Below, piece after piece: positions 38,265 through 38,866 of a stretch of DNA of 38,866 nt (the first letter of the stretch is position 1; each line of letters begins with the position of its first letter). The DNA comes from an uncultured Collinsella sp. (GTDB taxonomy: Bacteria > Actinomycetota > Coriobacteriia > Coriobacteriales > Coriobacteriaceae). The notes beneath the pieces are model-generated. The model worked only from the letters and a program-made list of their open reading frames with translations, had not been told where the DNA came from and did no database searches. The DNA is taken from positions 1 through 38,866 of the forward strand of contig CASEEY010000001.1 of assembly GCA_949287055.1 (NCBI GenBank), given 5' to 3'. The position numbers and the translations under genes are program-made.

Positions 38265-38866
38265 ATGGACGAAGCCCTGCTCAAGCAGCGCTATCGGATT
38301 GGCGAGGTATCGCGCCTGTTCGGTATCGGGCAGGACTCCTTACGCTACTACGAGCGCCTCGGCATCGTCGTCCCCAAACGGCAGGCCAACGGCTATCGCG
38401 CCTACGGGCTCGACGACATGTTCACGCTGTCCCTGATCAAAGACCTGCGCATGCTTGGGTTCTCGATGCAGCAGATCAAGACCTACCTTGACGATCGGAC
38501 CCTTGAAAGCACGGGCAGGCTGCTTACCGAGGAATCGGTGCTTATCGACCGGCAGATCAAACGCCTGCAGGAACGAAAAGCGGCGATTGAACGCCATCTT
38601 CGGACCATCGATACCGCGCGGACGGCAGTGACGGGCCGATTCCTCATAGAGCGACGGCCGGAGCGTCGATGCATCGAGCTTGCCGTGCGCATGGAAGCTG
38701 ACGAGGAGATGGACGTCGCGATTCAAAGGCTGCGCCATCGGATCAAAGACGTCACGCACCAGCTGAGCGACATCACCATCGGAGCAAACCTCTCGCGCAA
38801 AGATCTTGAAGCCGGCGCCACCAACATCTACGACTCGGTCTTTTTCGTCTTGAAAAACGATTCGGC
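38265..38866 (+). CDS. MerR family transcriptional regulator (3' end runs off the window)
   Basis: Not in the ORF track. Read manually from ATG 38265 (GGAGA RBS): MDEALLKQRYRIGEVSRLFGIGQDSLRYYERLGIVVPKRQANGYRAY..LRMLGFSMQQIK, then a coiled coil and the start of an effector domain. Confidence 0.93.
   Translation, partial: MDEALLKQRYRIGEVSRLFGIGQDSLRYYERLGIVVPKRQANGYRAYGLDDMFTLSLIKDLRMLGFSMQQIKTYLDDRTLESTGRLLTEESVLIDRQIKRLQERKAAIERHLRTIDTARTAVTGRFLIERRPERRCIELAVRMEADEEMDVAIQRLRHRIKDVTHQLSDITIGANLSRKDLEAGATNIYDSVFFVLKNDS

Overview
GC-rich bacterial chromosome segment. Gene content and protein style suggest Coriobacteriia (Collinsella/Enorma-like); this is an inference. Bases 1-25.8 kb are almost all minus-strand housekeeping genes. 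In transcription order they are: T-box-ileS, lspA, rluD-like, a GT2 glycosyltransferase, an A24 peptidase, dgt-like, rarA, a DUF948/anti-sigma/SigB-like/AI-2E unit, alaS-ruvX-mltG-yqeG-aroK-aroB-like-Xaa-Pro peptidase, efp, and asp23-nusB-xseB-tlyA-nadK-recN. Bases 25.8-38.9 kb are more accessory: MBL hydrolase, two oxidoreductases, zinc-ribbon protein, NYN-LOTUS protein, FtsH, MATE, TrmH, a DHFR-flavodoxin fusion, thyA, YitT and a MerR regulator. I saw no rRNA, tRNA, CRISPR array, transposase or phage genes. The most notable signals are: (1) a full-length AroB homologue that has lost almost all catalytic motifs, next to an intact AroK, with no aroE/aroC/aroQ in the cluster; (2) an in-frame DHFR-flavodoxin fusion behind thyA; (3) a translationally coupled DUF948/kinase-degenerate anti-sigma/SigB-like/AI-2E operon, with a recurring GGGTAnnnT motif upstream of stress-type genes; (4) a textbook MerR operator driving yitT; and (5) a terminator-type Ile T-box with a variant bulge. 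All calls come from motif recognition by eye; no searches were run.
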